Source: Vibrio vulnificus CMCP6 (GTDB lineage Bacteria > Pseudomonadota > Gammaproteobacteria > Enterobacterales > Vibrionaceae). Taken from it: DNA of 32,000 bases. Below are positions 1 to 12,230 of the stretch, one piece after another. The notes under the pieces were generated by a model. The model had not been told where the DNA came from and ran no database searches. It was given only the letters and a program-made list of their open reading frames with translations. The stretch is from the NCBI RefSeq assembly GCF_000039765.1, contig NC_004459.3, positions 420,001 through 452,000 of the forward strand, read 5' to 3'. The position numbers and the translations under genes are program-made. Position 1 is the stretch's first letter; every line of letters begins with the position of its first letter.

Positions 1-666
1 CGTTGATTTACCCACGTTCGGACGACCAATAATAGCAAGCTTAATTGGCTGGTCTTGCAGTCGTTTCAGTGACTCTTCGGCATCTTCTTCAGAGTACTCT
101 TGCTGTTCTGCGTCTTCATCTTCCATATCGGTCAGATCTTCGATCTCACCTTCGTTGTTGGCACTGAGAAGATTGTCAAAGAATGGATCGAGTGCACGTT
201 CAATCAGCGCAGTCACACCACGTCCATGCGCTGCGGCAATTTGGTACATCTCATCAACGCCCAGTTGCCAAAAGTCTGCGCTGGCAGCATCCGCATCAAT
301 GCCATCCACTTTGTTTACCACCAGCATGGTGGCTTTTTCGATTTTACGTAAATGGGCAGCAATCGCCTCATCGGATGGCGTCAATCCTGCGCGACCATCC
401 ACCATGAACAACACAACGTCAGCTTCGCGGATCGCAGCAAGTGACTGTTCTGCCATTTTGGTTTCAACGCCTTCTTCAGAACCATCGATACCACCCGTAT
501 CAATCACAATAAAGTCGTGCTCACCTACTTTGGCTTGACCATATTTACGGTCACGAGTCAGACCGGGAAAGTCCGCCACCAATGCGTCACGAGAGCGAGT
601 CAATCGGTTAAACAACGTAGATTTACCTACGTTTGGACGACCGACTAGAGCAACAACAGGTATCAT
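1..666 (-). CDS. der: GTPase Der (EngA), N-terminal 222 codons; the C-terminus lies beyond the window edge
   Basis: The minus-strand translation from ATG at 666 reads [23 protein letters not shown]... (G1 motif). It runs in frame to position 1, where a second [10 protein letters not shown]-loop begins, as expected for a tandem-GTPase protein. It is absent from the ORF track because no stop codon lies in the window. Confidence 0.93.
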   Translation of the reverse strand, partial: MIPVVALVGRPNVGKSTLFNRLTRSRDALVADFPGLTRDRKYGQAKVGEHDFIVIDTGGIDGSEEGVETKMAEQSLAAIREADVVLFMVDGRAGLTPSDEAIAAHLRKIEKATMLVVNKVDGIDADAASADFWQLGVDEMYQIAAAHGRGVTALIERALDPFFDNLLSANNEGEIEDLTDMEDEDAEQQEYSEEDAEESLKRLQDQPIKLAIIGRPNVGKST

Positions 667-805
667 AACAACCTCTACAATAATCTTTGATCTGTAGTTA
701 TAGGTAACCACTTGCTTGATAGCACTTCAAACCAGCTTTTTACCTATAACCACAATCGTCTTGTCACGACTGCAATGTTGAACGTTGCAGCGTGTTATTA
801 AAAAT

Positions 806-846
806 TAGCAACAAAACGGCTCCTAACTGTCACCAGCCAGGAGCCG
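806..846 (-). terminator. Rho-independent terminator or attenuator downstream of bamB
   Basis: CGGCTCCT (817-824) pairs with AGGAGCCG (839-846). On the minus strand the stem is followed by TTTTGTTGCTAATTTTT. The loop is large (14 nt), so efficiency is uncertain. Confidence 0.5.
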
Positions 847-867
847 AATGTGAATTATATCACGATA

Positions 868-2028
868 TTATTCGTTGATCGTCAGTTTCTTTACATCGCC
901 ATTGCGCGTTGTAATGACATAGCCATCTGGCAATACTGTTGGGCCAACGGCGAAACCACTGTCATTGATCATCTGCTGAGCCACGAACTCACCAGTAGTA
1001 CGATCTAACCAATGCAAATAGCCTTGGCTGTCTCCAACAACTAAGTAGTTATTCACCATGACAGGGGCGGTCAACAAACGATACTCTAGCTGTTCATTTT
1101 GCCACAGCTCGGTTCCGCTACGTGCATCGACAGCAACCACATGATCTTTATCAGTGACAACAAAAAGTCGACTGCCATCGGTCGCCATATCAATGGCTGA
1201 CGAATAATTACGCTTCCAAACGGCATTGCCTGAACGTAAATCGAGTGCGATAAGTTGGCCATTGTAACCAACAACGTAAAGCATGCCGCCAAGCACGATT
1301 GGCGATGAATCCACATCCACTAAACGATCGATTTCAGTCGCACCTTTTGGTGTACCAACAGGCTGTTGCCAGATCAACTGACCACGCTCAACAATAGCAG
1401 CCGCTAAACGGCCATTCGCCGTTCCCCAAAACACACCACCTGATACCGCCGTCGGCGTACTATCGCCGCGCAGAGTCAAGTTAGGTACTTCAGTGCTGAT
1501 GGTCCACTTTTGTTCACCATTGTCTTGGTCGAAGGCCATCAATACGCCATTGCTGGTATTCACAATCACTAGACCATTTTCAGCAACGGGCTTTGCTAAG
1601 ATCTCGCCGACTACAGAGATGCGCCAAGAGACTTCACCAGTCGCTTCGTCCAAAGCGATCAGATCACCATTTTCACTGCCAATGTAGACATGGCCGTAAG
1701 CCGCAGTTAAGCCACCAGACAATCTCGCTGTATCGCCTTGCTTGACGTTTTGGCTCCACAGTTGCTTACCTGATGTCGGTTCCAGAGCTCTCACCACACC
1801 ATCACGACTGGCGATAAATAGCTTGTCGTAAGCATATTCAGGAGAGAGTTTAGAGAAATAATGGCCTACACCGTTCCCCACACTGGTACTCCAAGCTGAT
1901 TGCGGAGTGAACTGGCTATTAACCTGTGGCAATGGCGCCATTACAATGGTGTCTTCTTCACTGGCACAACCCGCCAACACACCCACTGTAATCATGCCTA
2001 ATAAGGCTTTCCTGACCATTTTCTTCAT
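868..2028 (-). CDS. bamB: Outer-membrane protein assembly factor BamB (YfgL), lipoprotein
   Basis: 386-aa ORF with a signal peptide ending in the lipobox LAGC. It has repeated beta-propeller-like segments, an AGGAC SD upstream, and the conserved position between yfgM and der. Confidence 0.93.
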   Translation of the reverse strand: MKKMVRKALLGMITVGVLAGCASEEDTIVMAPLPQVNSQFTPQSAWSTSVGNGVGHYFSKLSPEYAYDKLFIASRDGVVRALEPTSGKQLWSQNVKQGDTARLSGGLTAAYGHVYIGSENGDLIALDEATGEVSWRISVVGEILAKPVAENGLVIVNTSNGVLMAFDQDNGEQKWTISTEVPNLTLRGDSTPTAVSGGVFWGTANGRLAAAIVERGQLIWQQPVGTPKGATEIDRLVDVDSSPIVLGGMLYVVGYNGQLIALDLRSGNAVWKRNYSSAIDMATDGSRLFVVTDKDHVVAVDARSGTELWQNEQLEYRLLTAPVMVNNYLVVGDSQGYLHWLDRTTGEFVAQQMINDSGFAVGPTVLPDGYVITTRNGDVKKLTINE

Positions 2029-2040
2029 GCCATGAAGTCC

Positions 2041-2655
2041 TTATTTTGCCAGATCATCCAATTTCATTTGCAGAGTTTGACCTGCATCAGCGGCTTGTTG
2101 CGCTTCAGAGTAAGCAGCATAAGCGGCTTCTTTGTCACCCTGACGCAAAGCAATATCACCACGCAATTCTGCTACACGACCCGTCCAGCTAGCGTCTGTC
2201 ACTTTTGCTAACTCAGCTTTTGCTGCATCAAAATTGCCTAACTCTGCTTCTACTCGCGCAATACGGTAAGTCGTTAACGGAATAAGCGCCGCATCTTTGC
2301 TGTTGCTCTGAGCCCATTTTAGCTGGGTCAGTGCAGCATTAAGATCACCAGCGGTTACTTGTGCCTTAGCCAGTTGTAACGCTGCTAGTACCGAATACTC
2401 TTTGACATCATTAGAGGCAATGAAAGCTTCAACATCCGCAGCCGCTTCAGCGCCTTTCGCCTGTAATGCATTAATTGCGGAAGTATAATTTTGTGAAGCA
2501 GCTTCACGCGCTTGCGTTACGCTATCTTGGTAGTAACGCCAGCCAAATAGACCACCGAGACCAACAACGGCACCGATGATCACGGCTTTGCCGTTCTCTT
2601 TCCACCAATCTTTTATCGCTTCAACTTGTTCTTCTTCAGTATTGTAAACTTCCAC
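2041..2655 (-). CDS. yfgM: YfgM-family membrane protein (ancillary SecYEG-associated, TPR-like)
   Basis: 204 aa with a GTG start preceded by AAGAGGA. The N-terminus MEVYNTEEEQVEAIKDWWKENGK plus one TM helix parallels E. coli YfgM. An in-frame TAA just upstream closes the frame. Confidence 0.88.
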   Translation of the reverse strand: MEVYNTEEEQVEAIKDWWKENGKAVIIGAVVGLGGLFGWRYYQDSVTQAREAASQNYTSAINALQAKGAEAAADVEAFIASNDVKEYSVLAALQLAKAQVTAGDLNAALTQLKWAQSNSKDAALIPLTTYRIARVEAELGNFDAAKAELAKVTDASWTGRVAELRGDIALRQGDKEAAYAAYSEAQQAADAGQTLQMKLDDLAK

Positions 2656-2679
2656 TTCCTGTCCTCTTTAAAACTGATT

Positions 2680-2705
2680 CAATGGCAGCGAAACCGCTGC
2701 CATTG
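2680..2705 (-). terminator. Strong hairpin between hisS and yfgM (terminator or attenuator-like)
   Basis: A perfect 11-bp stem, CAATGGCAGCG / CGCTGCCATTG, encloses a 4-nt loop. The downstream minus-strand tract AATCAGTTTTAAAG is only moderately U-rich. Confidence 0.45.
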
Positions 2706-2724
2706 TTGTGACTGCTGCCAGAGC

Positions 2725-3993
2725 TTAAATCAGCTCAGCAATTTTGCTGGCAATCTCTTGCTGTGAATACGTAACTTGCTCACCACCAGCGAGATCTTTC
2801 AATACAACGGTGTTGTCTGCAACTTCATTCTCACCCAGTACTAGGGCAACAACCGCGCCCACTTTGTCAGCACGTTTAAATTGTTTCTTAAAGTTACCAC
2901 CACCAAAGTGGTTCATCACGCGAACCCCAGGAATGGCTTCACGAACTTGTTCCGCCAACTTCATGCCAGCCATCATAGTGCCTTCACCCGCAGTGACGAC
3001 GTAAACGTCCACACTACGACGAACATCCGTCAGCTCTAACGTTTCCAACATTAGCACTAAACGCTCTAAGCCCATTGCAAAACCCACCGCTGGTGTAGCT
3101 TTGCCACCAAGTTGCTCTACTAGGCCATCGTAACGGCCACCACCACAAACAGTACCTTGAGAGCCTAGGCTTTCCGTGATCCATTCAAAAACCGTGCGGT
3201 TGTAGTAATCCAGGCCACGAACTAAGCGTTCGTTGACTGTGTATTCGATACCCGCCGCGTCAAGAAGTTCACACAAACCCGCAAAATGTTGCGTTGACTC
3301 TGGATCTAAGTAGTCAGACAAACGTGGCGCATCACCCAAAATCGCTTGTACATCTGGATTCTTGGTATCCAATACACGTAGTGGGTTAGTATGCATACGA
3401 CGTTTGCAATCTTCATCCAACACATCAATATGTTGCTCAAGAAATGCGATCAGTGCAGTGCGATAGTTTGCGCGCGCTTCCAACGAACCAATCGAGTTCA
3501 GTTCTAGACGCACATGTTTATCAATGCCAAGTTCACGCCAAAGACGTGCAGTCATCATGATCAGCTCTGCATCGACGTCAGGACCATTAAGACCAAAAAC
3601 TTCTACACCACACTGGTGGAATTGACGGTAACGGCCTTTTTGTGGGCGCTCGTGGCGGAACATAGGACCCATGTACCAAACGCGCTGTTCTTGGTTGTAC
3701 AACAAACCGTTTTCAATACCGGCACGCACACAACCCGCGGTGCCTTCTGGACGTAATGTTAAGCTGTCACCATTGCGGTCTTCAAAGGTGTACATCTCTT
3801 TTTCCACCACATCGGTTACTTCGCCAATAGCACGGCTAAATAGATGCGTCATCTCAACGATTGGCATGCGCATTTCATTGTAACCGTATGCGCTAATTAC
3901 GTTCTTCACTGCGCCTTCTAGCTTCTGCCACAGTGGTGATTGAGTTGGGAGACAATCATTCATGCCTCGAATTGCTTGGATTGTTTTTGCCAC
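2725..3993 (-). CDS. hisS: Histidine--tRNA ligase
   Basis: 422 aa. The N-terminus [16 protein letters not shown] is nearly identical to E. coli HisS, and the class II aaRS architecture is present. Confidence 0.97.
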   Translation of the reverse strand: MAKTIQAIRGMNDCLPTQSPLWQKLEGAVKNVISAYGYNEMRMPIVEMTHLFSRAIGEVTDVVEKEMYTFEDRNGDSLTLRPEGTAGCVRAGIENGLLYNQEQRVWYMGPMFRHERPQKGRYRQFHQCGVEVFGLNGPDVDAELIMMTARLWRELGIDKHVRLELNSIGSLEARANYRTALIAFLEQHIDVLDEDCKRRMHTNPLRVLDTKNPDVQAILGDAPRLSDYLDPESTQHFAGLCELLDAAGIEYTVNERLVRGLDYYNRTVFEWITESLGSQGTVCGGGRYDGLVEQLGGKATPAVGFAMGLERLVLMLETLELTDVRRSVDVYVVTAGEGTMMAGMKLAEQVREAIPGVRVMNHFGGGNFKKQFKRADKVGAVVALVLGENEVADNTVVLKDLAGGEQVTYSQQEIASKIAELI

Positions 3994-4028
3994 AATAATT
4001 ACCGTAATTTGAATGACTTCGTTGAGAT

Positions 4029-5147
4029 TTAGTTTTGCACTTTAATGTCGATGCGGTTGCTTTCATCCATGCGTGCCGCTTTGGCACGGATCTTCGCTTC
4101 TAGTTGATTCACCAGATCTTCATTGTCGAAGCGCTCTTTTTGACGTTTACCATCTTCGTAAAAAGCGCTCTTCTTGTTGCTGCCAGCCAGACCGAGATGC
4201 GATACCTCAGCTTCACCCGGACCATTCACAACGCAACCAATGATGGAGACATCCATCGGAGTAATGATGTCTTCAAGTCGCTCTTCCAGTGCATTGACCG
4301 TGCTGATGACATCAAATTCCTGACGTGAACACGATGGACACGCGATAAAGTTGATGCCTCGCGAACGAATTCGCAATGACTTAAGAATATCAAAACCCAC
4401 TTTGATCTCTTCAACAGGGTTCGCCGCCAAAGAGATACGTAGCGTATCGCCAATACCTTCCGCTAAAAGCATGCCTAAGCCAACCGCTGATTTCACTGCA
4501 CCAGCACGAGCACCACCCGCTTCTGTAATGCCGAGATGCAGAGGTTGATCGATTTTCTTCGCCAACAGTCGGTAAGAATCCACCGCGAGGAAAACGTCTG
4601 ACGCTTTGACACTGACTTTAAATTGATCAAAGTTGAGGCGATCAAGAATATCGACATGGCGCATGGCAGACTCGACCAAAGCTTCTGGTGTCGGCTCGCC
4701 ATACTTCATTTGCAGATCTTTCTCTAGCGACCCACCGTTGACACCGATGCGAATTGGAATGTTTTTGTCACGCGCGCAATCAACGACTGAGCGAATGCGC
4801 TCTTCATTACCAATGTTGCCTGGGTTGATGCGTAAACAATCCACCCCGTATTCAGCCACTTTCAGTGCGATACGATAATCAAAATGAATATCGGCGACTA
4901 ATGGAATCGATACTTGCTGTTTGATCAGCTTGAAAGCTTCAGCCGCATCCATCGTCGGAACAGAAACACGAACAATGTCGGCGCCGACATTTTCCAATGC
5001 TTTAATTTGAGCAACGGTGGCTGCTACGTCCGTGGTGCGAGTATTGGTCATGGATTGCACCGCGATTGGCGCACCATCACCGATTGGAACATCGCCCACA
5101 TAAATTCGCGTCGATTTACGACGGATAATTGGAGATTCGTTGTGCAT
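4029..5147 (-). CDS. ispG: 4-hydroxy-3-methylbut-2-en-1-yl diphosphate synthase (flavodoxin), MEP pathway
   Basis: 372 aa. The N-terminus [18 protein letters not shown] matches E. coli IspG/GcpE. The C-terminal Cys cluster FIACPSCSR...GCVVNGPGE is present. Confidence 0.97.
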   Translation of the reverse strand: MHNESPIIRRKSTRIYVGDVPIGDGAPIAVQSMTNTRTTDVAATVAQIKALENVGADIVRVSVPTMDAAEAFKLIKQQVSIPLVADIHFDYRIALKVAEYGVDCLRINPGNIGNEERIRSVVDCARDKNIPIRIGVNGGSLEKDLQMKYGEPTPEALVESAMRHVDILDRLNFDQFKVSVKASDVFLAVDSYRLLAKKIDQPLHLGITEAGGARAGAVKSAVGLGMLLAEGIGDTLRISLAANPVEEIKVGFDILKSLRIRSRGINFIACPSCSRQEFDVISTVNALEERLEDIITPMDVSIIGCVVNGPGEAEVSHLGLAGSNKKSAFYEDGKRQKERFDNEDLVNQLEAKIRAKAARMDESNRIDIKVQN

Positions 5148-5152
5148 AATCT

Positions 5153-6103
5153 TTACAAAGGTAAGGTGAATCGAGCTACTTTGCCTGCAGTATACCGAGA
5201 AAGGTCGACAGGTTCACTTGCAAATGTCATGGTCACGCCTTCTGGCGCACCCAAAATAACGTTAAAAGGGGCCTGACCAGAGAGGTTTAAATCTTGACCC
5301 GATTTACGGATACCAGAAATCAATGTCTTACCACTGGCATCTTTAACTTGAACCCAGCAGTCCGAACGAAAAGACATTGTTAAGGCGGTTTCACCATTGG
5401 CTTTGGGTGCTTCTAACGGGAGTGATTCTTCTGCCACTGACGGTGTCAGTTGTGCTTGGGCATCACTTTCCACCGCTTCCTCAACGGGAGTGCTTTCCGT
5501 TGTCTCAACCTGAGCAGGCTCAACCTCCACTTCTGTCGCGATCTCTGGCTGAGCATCCCCTTCGGCCATACTCATTTCTTGCATCACAACATCGTCAAGC
5601 ACTGGTGGCTCATTCTCTTCAATCACTGCATTCTCAAGTTGAGCGGCTTGATTGACCGACTGAGCTAAGCTGTTCTCTTGCTGATTTTGCCACCACCAAA
5701 GTGAAGAAATACCCGTAATAATGATAAAAATACCCCAAGTAATCAGCATGATGCGGCTATTGTGTTTCTCCGTATTGGTTTTACGTGAGAAGCTCTGCAT
5801 CTCCTGTTCTTGGTGCTGCGCGTCACCAGTATTGTCTAGCGCATCAAGAATGATTTTTTCATCAAGACCAACCAATCTGGCGTAAGAGCGCAAATAACCG
5901 CGAGTAAAGGTCGCCACTTGGCCACTTTCAAGCTGGTTGTCGTCGATCTGTTCAATCACGTTAACGCGTAAACGTAATCGATCTGCGACTTGTTTTTGCG
6001 TGTAACCCATTGATTCGCGTTGGCGTTTGAGTAAGGTACCGACTTGTTCAATGGCGAGAGATTCTGTGGCACTGTCTTGTAAAAAATCGTTATCTGTAGT
6101 CAT
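5153..6103 (-). CDS. rodZ: Cytoskeleton protein RodZ (Xre-type HTH, single TM helix, acidic linker, C-terminal periplasmic domain)
   Basis: 316 aa with an N-terminal HTH ([24 protein letters not shown]), the TM segment [21 protein letters not shown] and a Glu/Pro/Val-rich linker. It sits in the conserved position directly upstream of ispG. Confidence 0.9.
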   Translation of the reverse strand: MTTDNDFLQDSATESLAIEQVGTLLKRQRESMGYTQKQVADRLRLRVNVIEQIDDNQLESGQVATFTRGYLRSYARLVGLDEKIILDALDNTGDAQHQEQEMQSFSRKTNTEKHNSRIMLITWGIFIIITGISSLWWWQNQQENSLAQSVNQAAQLENAVIEENEPPVLDDVVMQEMSMAEGDAQPEIATEVEVEPAQVETTESTPVEEAVESDAQAQLTPSVAEESLPLEAPKANGETALTMSFRSDCWVQVKDASGKTLISGIRKSGQDLNLSGQAPFNVILGAPEGVTMTFASEPVDLSRYTAGKVARFTLPL

Positions 6104-6411
6104 AACTGTCTAAAATCTTCAAATAATGAAAGTTAAGTGCGCTTATTATTCATCGTTCTTGGTTTGCACTGAACTTTGGAAAAAGTTTGCTGCGGTGCTT
6201 TGGACGCAGCCCTAATTATTTTATTAGCCAACCTACACTGCCAAAATACAGCTGTAGCTTTAAACATGATAAGCCAAACTGCGTTATTGACAAAAACTCT
6301 ATGCTGAGAAATTTACCTTTAGCTCAAGCTTTTGTCCAAAGTTTGACACAAGAAATTCGATATATCGTCCAATTCAGCATAGAAAGTCCACCAAACAAGC
6401 AAAAAATGACG

Positions 6412-6450
6412 ATTAGAAAGCAAAACAGCCAGAGCGTAGCTCTGGCTGTT
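6412..6450 (-). terminator. Rho-independent terminator of rlmN
   Basis: A 12-bp stem, AACAGCCAGAGC / GCTCTGGCTGTT (6424-6450), lies 19 nt after the rlmN stop. On the minus strand it is followed by TTGCTTTCT. Confidence 0.7.
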
Positions 6451-6468
6451 TAATAAGAAAATGATGGC

Positions 6469-7593
6469 TTACAGCGCTTTAACCTCGATGGTCTCACCTT
6501 TGGCCGCTTTCAGCATGGCGGTACGCTTGGTTCGGTCGATCACGTCACCCACTAACTGACCACATGCGGCATCAATATCATCACCGCGCGTCTTACGAAT
6601 CGTCACCGTATGCTCATATTGCATCAATGTCTTTTGGAAACGATCAATACGTGAGTTGCTTGGTTTCTTATACGGTGATCCTGGGTATGGGTTAAATGGA
6701 ATCAAGTTGATTTTACAAGGTGTATCCTTCATCAACTGCGCAAGCTCATGAGCATGTTCAGTACCATCGTTAACATGATCAAGTAGCACGTATTCCACCG
6801 TCACTTTACCGCGGTTGGCATTGGAAGAAGCAATGTAACGACGCACTGATGCTAAGAAATCCTGAATATCCCAACGATCGTTGATCGGCATAATTTCACT
6901 GCGCAGTTTGTCATTAGGTGCATGCAAAGAAATCGCCAGTGCGACGTCAATTTTGCCCGTCATCTGATCTAAGCCAGAAACCACACCCGAAGTCGACACT
7001 GTCACGCGGCGTTTAGAGAGACCAAAGCCCAGATCATCCAGCATAATTTCCAAAGCAGGAATGAGGTTTTTCATGTTCAGCAACGGTTCGCCCATGCCCA
7101 TCATCACCACGTTGGTAATCGGACGACGCCCAGTCTCTTTCTCAAGCCCCACTTCACGTGCCGCACGCCACACCTGACCGATGATTTCTGACACTTTTAA
7201 GTTACGGTTGAAACCTTGCTGCGCCGTTGAACAGAATTTACATTCCAGTGCACAACCTACTTGAGATGAAACACAAAGCGTTGCGCGGTCTTCTTCTGGG
7301 ATATAGACCGTTTCAACATCTTGATCACCAACACGCATGGCCCACTTGATGGTGCCATCTGATGAGTGTTGAGCTTCTGAAACAACAGGTGCGACGATCT
7401 CGCATTTCTGCTTAAGCTTCTCTCTCAACTGCTTGTTGATGTTGGTCATGTTATCGAAATCATCCACACCGAAATGGTAGATCCACTTCATTACCTGATC
7501 AGCACGAAACGCTTTTTCGCCTAACTCTTGGGCGAACAGTTCACGCATGCCTTTGCGATCAAAGTCGAGTAGATTAATTTTTTCAGTGCTCAT
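6469..7593 (-). CDS. rlmN: Dual-specificity RNA methyltransferase RlmN (radical SAM; 23S rRNA and tRNA m2A)
   Basis: The radical-SAM motif [10 protein letters not shown] is present. I place the start at ATG 7593 ([11 protein letters not shown]...), which is preceded by GAGAGG. The ORF-track start at 7659 adds 22 residues with no homolog support. Confidence 0.93.
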   Translation of the reverse strand: MSTEKINLLDFDRKGMRELFAQELGEKAFRADQVMKWIYHFGVDDFDNMTNINKQLREKLKQKCEIVAPVVSEAQHSSDGTIKWAMRVGDQDVETVYIPEEDRATLCVSSQVGCALECKFCSTAQQGFNRNLKVSEIIGQVWRAAREVGLEKETGRRPITNVVMMGMGEPLLNMKNLIPALEIMLDDLGFGLSKRRVTVSTSGVVSGLDQMTGKIDVALAISLHAPNDKLRSEIMPINDRWDIQDFLASVRRYIASSNANRGKVTVEYVLLDHVNDGTEHAHELAQLMKDTPCKINLIPFNPYPGSPYKKPSNSRIDRFQKTLMQYEHTVTIRKTRGDDIDAACGQLVGDVIDRTKRTAMLKAAKGETIEVKAL

Positions 7594-7732
7594 GGTGCCT
7601 CTCAATGACTGAACAAGATTAAGGGCGCGAATTGTACAGGCTTTATGCAGTGACAACAAGGGCTGTAAAACCCCGAAGATGCTAAGGCAATAAAACCAAA
7701 CGATTAAAATATCGCCACACTTTTCCTGAGTC

Positions 7733-7762
7733 AGAAAAAAGCCCAGCTTGCGTGCTGGGCTT
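7733..7762 (-). terminator. Rho-independent terminator of ndk
   Basis: AAGCCCAGC / GCTGGGCTT stem with a 6-nt loop. On the minus strand it is followed by TTTTTTC (A-run at 7735-7740 on the plus strand). Confidence 0.8.
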
Positions 7763-7789
7763 AGGAATTCGTCTACTTATTCAAACCGC

Positions 7790-8215
7790 TTAACGAGGGC
7801 AGATTTCCGACTCCGGGAAGAAAAAAGCAATTTCACGCGCTGCTGATGCTGGGCTGTCACTGCCGTGAACGGAGTTGTGACGCATACTCAGTGCATAGTC
7901 GGCGCGAATGGTGCCACAAGCTGCTTCTTCTGGGTTGGTTTTACCCATCAATTCACGGTAACGTGCAATGGCATTTTCGCCTTCTAGAACCTGAACCATG
8001 ATGGGTCCTGAAGTCATGAACTCTTTCAATGCTGGGAAAAATTCTTTTCCTTCGTGCTCAGCGTAAAAGCCACTTGCTTGCTCATCATTAAGATGCACCA
8101 TTTTTGCCGCGATGATGCGTAATCCCGCCTTCTCAATGCGGTGGTAAATTTCACCGATTAAGTTGCGTTCTACAGCGTCAGGCTTAATGATCGAAAATGT
8201 TCTTTCTAGAGCCAT
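7790..8215 (-). CDS. ndk: Nucleoside diphosphate kinase
   Basis: 141 aa beginning [15 protein letters not shown], with the active-site region NSVHGSDS. Confidence 0.97.
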   Translation of the reverse strand: MALERTFSIIKPDAVERNLIGEIYHRIEKAGLRIIAAKMVHLNDEQASGFYAEHEGKEFFPALKEFMTSGPIMVQVLEGENAIARYRELMGKTNPEEAACGTIRADYALSMRHNSVHGSDSPASAAREIAFFFPESEICPR

Positions 8216-8249
8216 AAGATGTCCCTTTATTTCATGTCGTTGTTATAGT

Positions 8250-8271
8250 CAGCAGCCCAATAGGGCTGCTG
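8250..8271 (-). other. Intercistronic stem-loop between pepB and ndk
   Basis: CAGCAGCCC / GGGCTGCTG, a 9-bp stem with a 4-nt loop. No U-tract follows, so this is probably not a full terminator. Confidence 0.4.
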
Positions 8272-8278
8272 TGAAGTA

Positions 8279-9616
<1,338 letters not shown>

Positions 9617-9672
9617 CTATTGGAATAACTCACGGATGTTAGCATTATGTAGGGTAGAAATGTCAAATTGAT

Positions 9673-9703
9673 AAAAAAACGGACCAAAAGGTCCGCTTTT
9701 TTT
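9673..9703 (-). terminator. Bidirectional rho-independent terminator at the end of the isc operon
   Basis: AAAAAAA-CGGACC-AAAA-GGTCCG-C-TTTTTTT: the hairpin is flanked by an A-run and a T-run, so it can act on either strand. Confidence 0.8.
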
Positions 9704-9729
9704 GATGAATTTTGTTAACTCGGCTGGAT

Positions 9730-9930
9730 TTATTCCCATTCATCCAACCAGCAAAGAATCACCGCTTCGAGGATCTTTTCATTGGAATGATTGGGCTCGT
9801 CATCAAAATCTTCAATCTCTAAAATCCACTGATGCAGATCGGTAAAACGCACCGTTTTTGGATCCATATCTGGAAATCGTTCGCAGAGCTCGATGGCGAT
9901 ATCACGTGAATCTGTCCATTTCATACTCAT
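9730..9930 (-). CDS. iscX: Fe-S assembly protein IscX (YfhJ)
   Basis: [36 protein letters not shown]... aligns with E. coli IscX (MGLKWTDSREIGEAL...). The start is ambiguous. ATG 9930 gives an E. coli-like length, ATG 9924 has better spacing to the AAGGAAG SD, and the ORF-track start at 9945 is unlikely. Confidence 0.88.
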   Translation of the reverse strand: MSMKWTDSRDIAIELCERFPDMDPKTVRFTDLHQWILEIEDFDDEPNHSNEKILEAVILCWLDEWE

Positions 9931-10005
9931 CTTCCTTTGAAACATTCGTCACTTCAGTACCAGTTCACTAAGTCAAAAGACCCAGCAAACTGCACGACAC
10001 ATCGA

Positions 10006-10344
10006 TTAATGGTCTTCCGATGCGTGGTTTAGCGTGTATTTTGGAATTTCAACCACTAGGTCTTCATCCGCCACTTTCGCTTGGCAGCCTAAACGCGATT
10101 CAGGCTCTAGCCCCCATGCTTTGTCGAGCATGTCATCTTCTAACTCATCGCTTTCTTCAAGTGAATCAAAGCCCTCACGAATGATGACGTGACACGTAGT
10201 ACAAGCGCAAGACTTCTCACACGCGTGCTCAATAGCAATCCCATTTTTCAGTGCCACATCTAATACTGTGTCACCACTGTTTGCTTCTAGCACTGCACCT
10301 TCTGGGCACAAATCTTCATGAGGCAATACAATAATCTTAGGCAT
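10006..10344 (-). CDS. fdx: [2Fe-2S] ferredoxin of the ISC system
   Basis: 112 aa with the adrenodoxin-type Cys pattern CEKSCACTTCH...C, in the conserved position after hscA. Confidence 0.96.
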   Translation of the reverse strand: MPKIIVLPHEDLCPEGAVLEANSGDTVLDVALKNGIAIEHACEKSCACTTCHVIIREGFDSLEESDELEDDMLDKAWGLEPESRLGCQAKVADEDLVVEIPKYTLNHASEDH

Positions 10345-10355
10345 AGTTATTACTC

Positions 10356-12209
10356 TTAAATAGTGTCAATTGACTGGCCAGCCAGCGCGGCACGAATGGA
10401 CTTATCCATTCGACGAGAGGCAAAATCTTGGCTCGCTTTGTCAGTGTCTTTAATACCTTGCTCAATCGCATTCGCTTCGTTGCCATTGCGCAGTTCAATT
10501 AAGGATTCAATCGCTTGCAGTAAGGTGGCTTTTTCAGCTTCGCTGAGTAGCTCATCCCCGTCAGCTTGCATCGCGGCAATAAGACCTTCAATCACTCGAT
10601 CCGCTTCTACACGTTGCTCAGCCAAAGCGCGAGCTTGCATGTCTTCTTTAGCATATGTCATGGAATCGCGAAGCATGTTCGCCACTTCGTCATCACTCAG
10701 ACCATAAGATGGTTTCACTTGGATTTCTGATTGAACACCCGTGCTTTTCTCCATCGCGGTCACTGACAGCAGACCATCGGCATCCACTTGGTAGGTAACG
10801 CGAATATGAGCAGCACCCGCCGCCATTGGCGGAATGCCTTTGAGTGAAAAGCGAGCGAGCGAACGACAGTCATCCACCATCTCACGTTCACCTTGAACAA
10901 TATGGACGCTCATTGCGGTTTGGCCATCTTTAAACGTAGTGAATTCTTGAGCGCGTGCGACCGGAATGGTGGTATTGCGAGGAATGATTTTCTCAACCAA
11001 ACCACCCATGGTTTCAATCCCCAACGAAAGAGGGATCACATCCAGCAATAGCATTTCAGAATCAGGCTTATTGCCCGCCAGAATATCCGCTTGAATACCG
11101 GCACCAATGGCAACCACTTCATCAGGGTTGATGTTAGTTAATGGTGTGCGACCAAAGAACTCACCCACCATTTCGCGAACCAATAAAGTGCGAGTAGATC
11201 CACCGACCATGACCACTTCAAGTACTTCGTCAGCCTCCACATCTGCGTCTTTCAACGCTCGACGACAGGACATCAGCGTTTTTTTCACTAGCGGACGAAT
11301 CAGCTCTTCAAATTGCTCACGCGTGACTACGCCTTTCCAACCAAAGACTTCTACTTCAACAGAGTCTTGCTCAGAGAAAGCAATCTTAGTGGCCGTTGCA
11401 ATGTTCAATAGGGTGCGGTTTTTTTCTGCGCTCAAAGGCGTCTCTAAGCCCGCTTGCTCGGCAAGAAAATCGGCCAAAAGATGGTCAAAATCATCGCCAC
11501 CCAACGCAGAATCACCGCCGGTGGCCAATACCTCAAACACCCCTTTAGATAGGCGCAAAATTGAGATATCAAATGTACCACCACCCAAGTCGTAGACCGC
11601 AATGACCCCTTCTTGGCCAGAGTCTAAGCCATAGGCAATGGCGGCGGCTGTAGGTTCGTTCAGTAAGCGAAGCACATGCAGGCCAGCAAGTTTCGCCGCA
11701 TCTTTAGTGCCAGCTCGCTGCGCATCATCAAAGTAGGCAGGAACGGTAATGACCACACCAGAAAGCTCACCACCGAGGCTCTCTTCTGCGCGTTTCGCTA
11801 GCACCTTTAGGATATCGGCAGACACCTCAATTGGGTTTTTGTCCCCTTGAGTCGTCTGGAGAACAGGCAAACCATTCTCACTGGCTTTAAATCGATAAGG
11901 CAAAGAAGGATAACGAGTCTGGATGTCCGTTAACGAACGACCCAATAAGCGTTTTACCGAGATAATAGTATCTTGTGGCTGAGATTCAGACAGCGCTTTC
12001 GCCTCGTAACCGACAATCGCCTCTTCATTGGCATAATTAACAATCGATGGAAGAAGACTACGACCTTGAGCATCTTTCAAAGTGTCTGCGGTGCCGCTTC
12101 TGACTGAGGCGACCAAAGAGTTAGTGGTACCAAGATCGATACCGGCTGCTCTTTTGTGCTCATGAGGTGCCGAGCTTTGGCCCGGTTCTGCAATTTGAAG
12201 TAATGCCAT
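10356..12209 (-). CDS. hscA: Fe-S cluster assembly chaperone HscA (Hsp70 family)
   Basis: 617 aa with Hsp70 motifs ([17 protein letters not shown]), located between hscB and fdx. Confidence 0.97.
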   Translation of the reverse strand: MALLQIAEPGQSSAPHEHKRAAGIDLGTTNSLVASVRSGTADTLKDAQGRSLLPSIVNYANEEAIVGYEAKALSESQPQDTIISVKRLLGRSLTDIQTRYPSLPYRFKASENGLPVLQTTQGDKNPIEVSADILKVLAKRAEESLGGELSGVVITVPAYFDDAQRAGTKDAAKLAGLHVLRLLNEPTAAAIAYGLDSGQEGVIAVYDLGGGTFDISILRLSKGVFEVLATGGDSALGGDDFDHLLADFLAEQAGLETPLSAEKNRTLLNIATATKIAFSEQDSVEVEVFGWKGVVTREQFEELIRPLVKKTLMSCRRALKDADVEADEVLEVVMVGGSTRTLLVREMVGEFFGRTPLTNINPDEVVAIGAGIQADILAGNKPDSEMLLLDVIPLSLGIETMGGLVEKIIPRNTTIPVARAQEFTTFKDGQTAMSVHIVQGEREMVDDCRSLARFSLKGIPPMAAGAAHIRVTYQVDADGLLSVTAMEKSTGVQSEIQVKPSYGLSDDEVANMLRDSMTYAKEDMQARALAEQRVEADRVIEGLIAAMQADGDELLSEAEKATLLQAIESLIELRNGNEANAIEQGIKDTDKASQDFASRRMDKSIRAALAGQSIDTI

Positions 12210-12230
12210 GATGGATCCTTGTTTTTCAAA

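Noticed and set aside
100-538. Plus-strand ORFs 100-351, 155-538 and 183-407 at the window start
   Set aside because: They lie entirely antisense to the der reading frame, which has unmistakable tandem GTPase motifs. They have no SD and low-complexity Ser/Ala-rich translations typical of antisense frames.
6187-6453. 88-aa plus-strand ORF in the rodZ-rlmN spacer
   Set aside because: It has a TTG start with no SD and an AT-rich, low-complexity translation. It reads through the rlmN terminator hairpin, and it has no recognisable domain.
7594-7659. N-terminal extensions in the ORF track for rlmN (to 7659), iscR (to 15426), trmJ (to 16239), suhB (from 16406), tgt (to 21933), aceA (to 26680), oxyR2 (to 29916) and iscX (to 9945)
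   Set aside because: In each case the extension has no counterpart in well-known homologs, whose N-termini align with an internal ATG or GTG. For most of these genes (not oxyR2) that internal start is also preceded by a better Shine-Dalgarno sequence. The extended versions were not adopted.
10363-11595. Long antisense ORFs inside hscA (10363-10707, 11107-11595), plus similar ones inside secD, aceA, aceB, queA and others
   Set aside because: All are embedded opposite strongly conserved genes. Their Ser/Arg/Ala-rich compositions are typical of the reverse frame of coding DNA. None has an independent start context, so they are treated as shadow ORFs.
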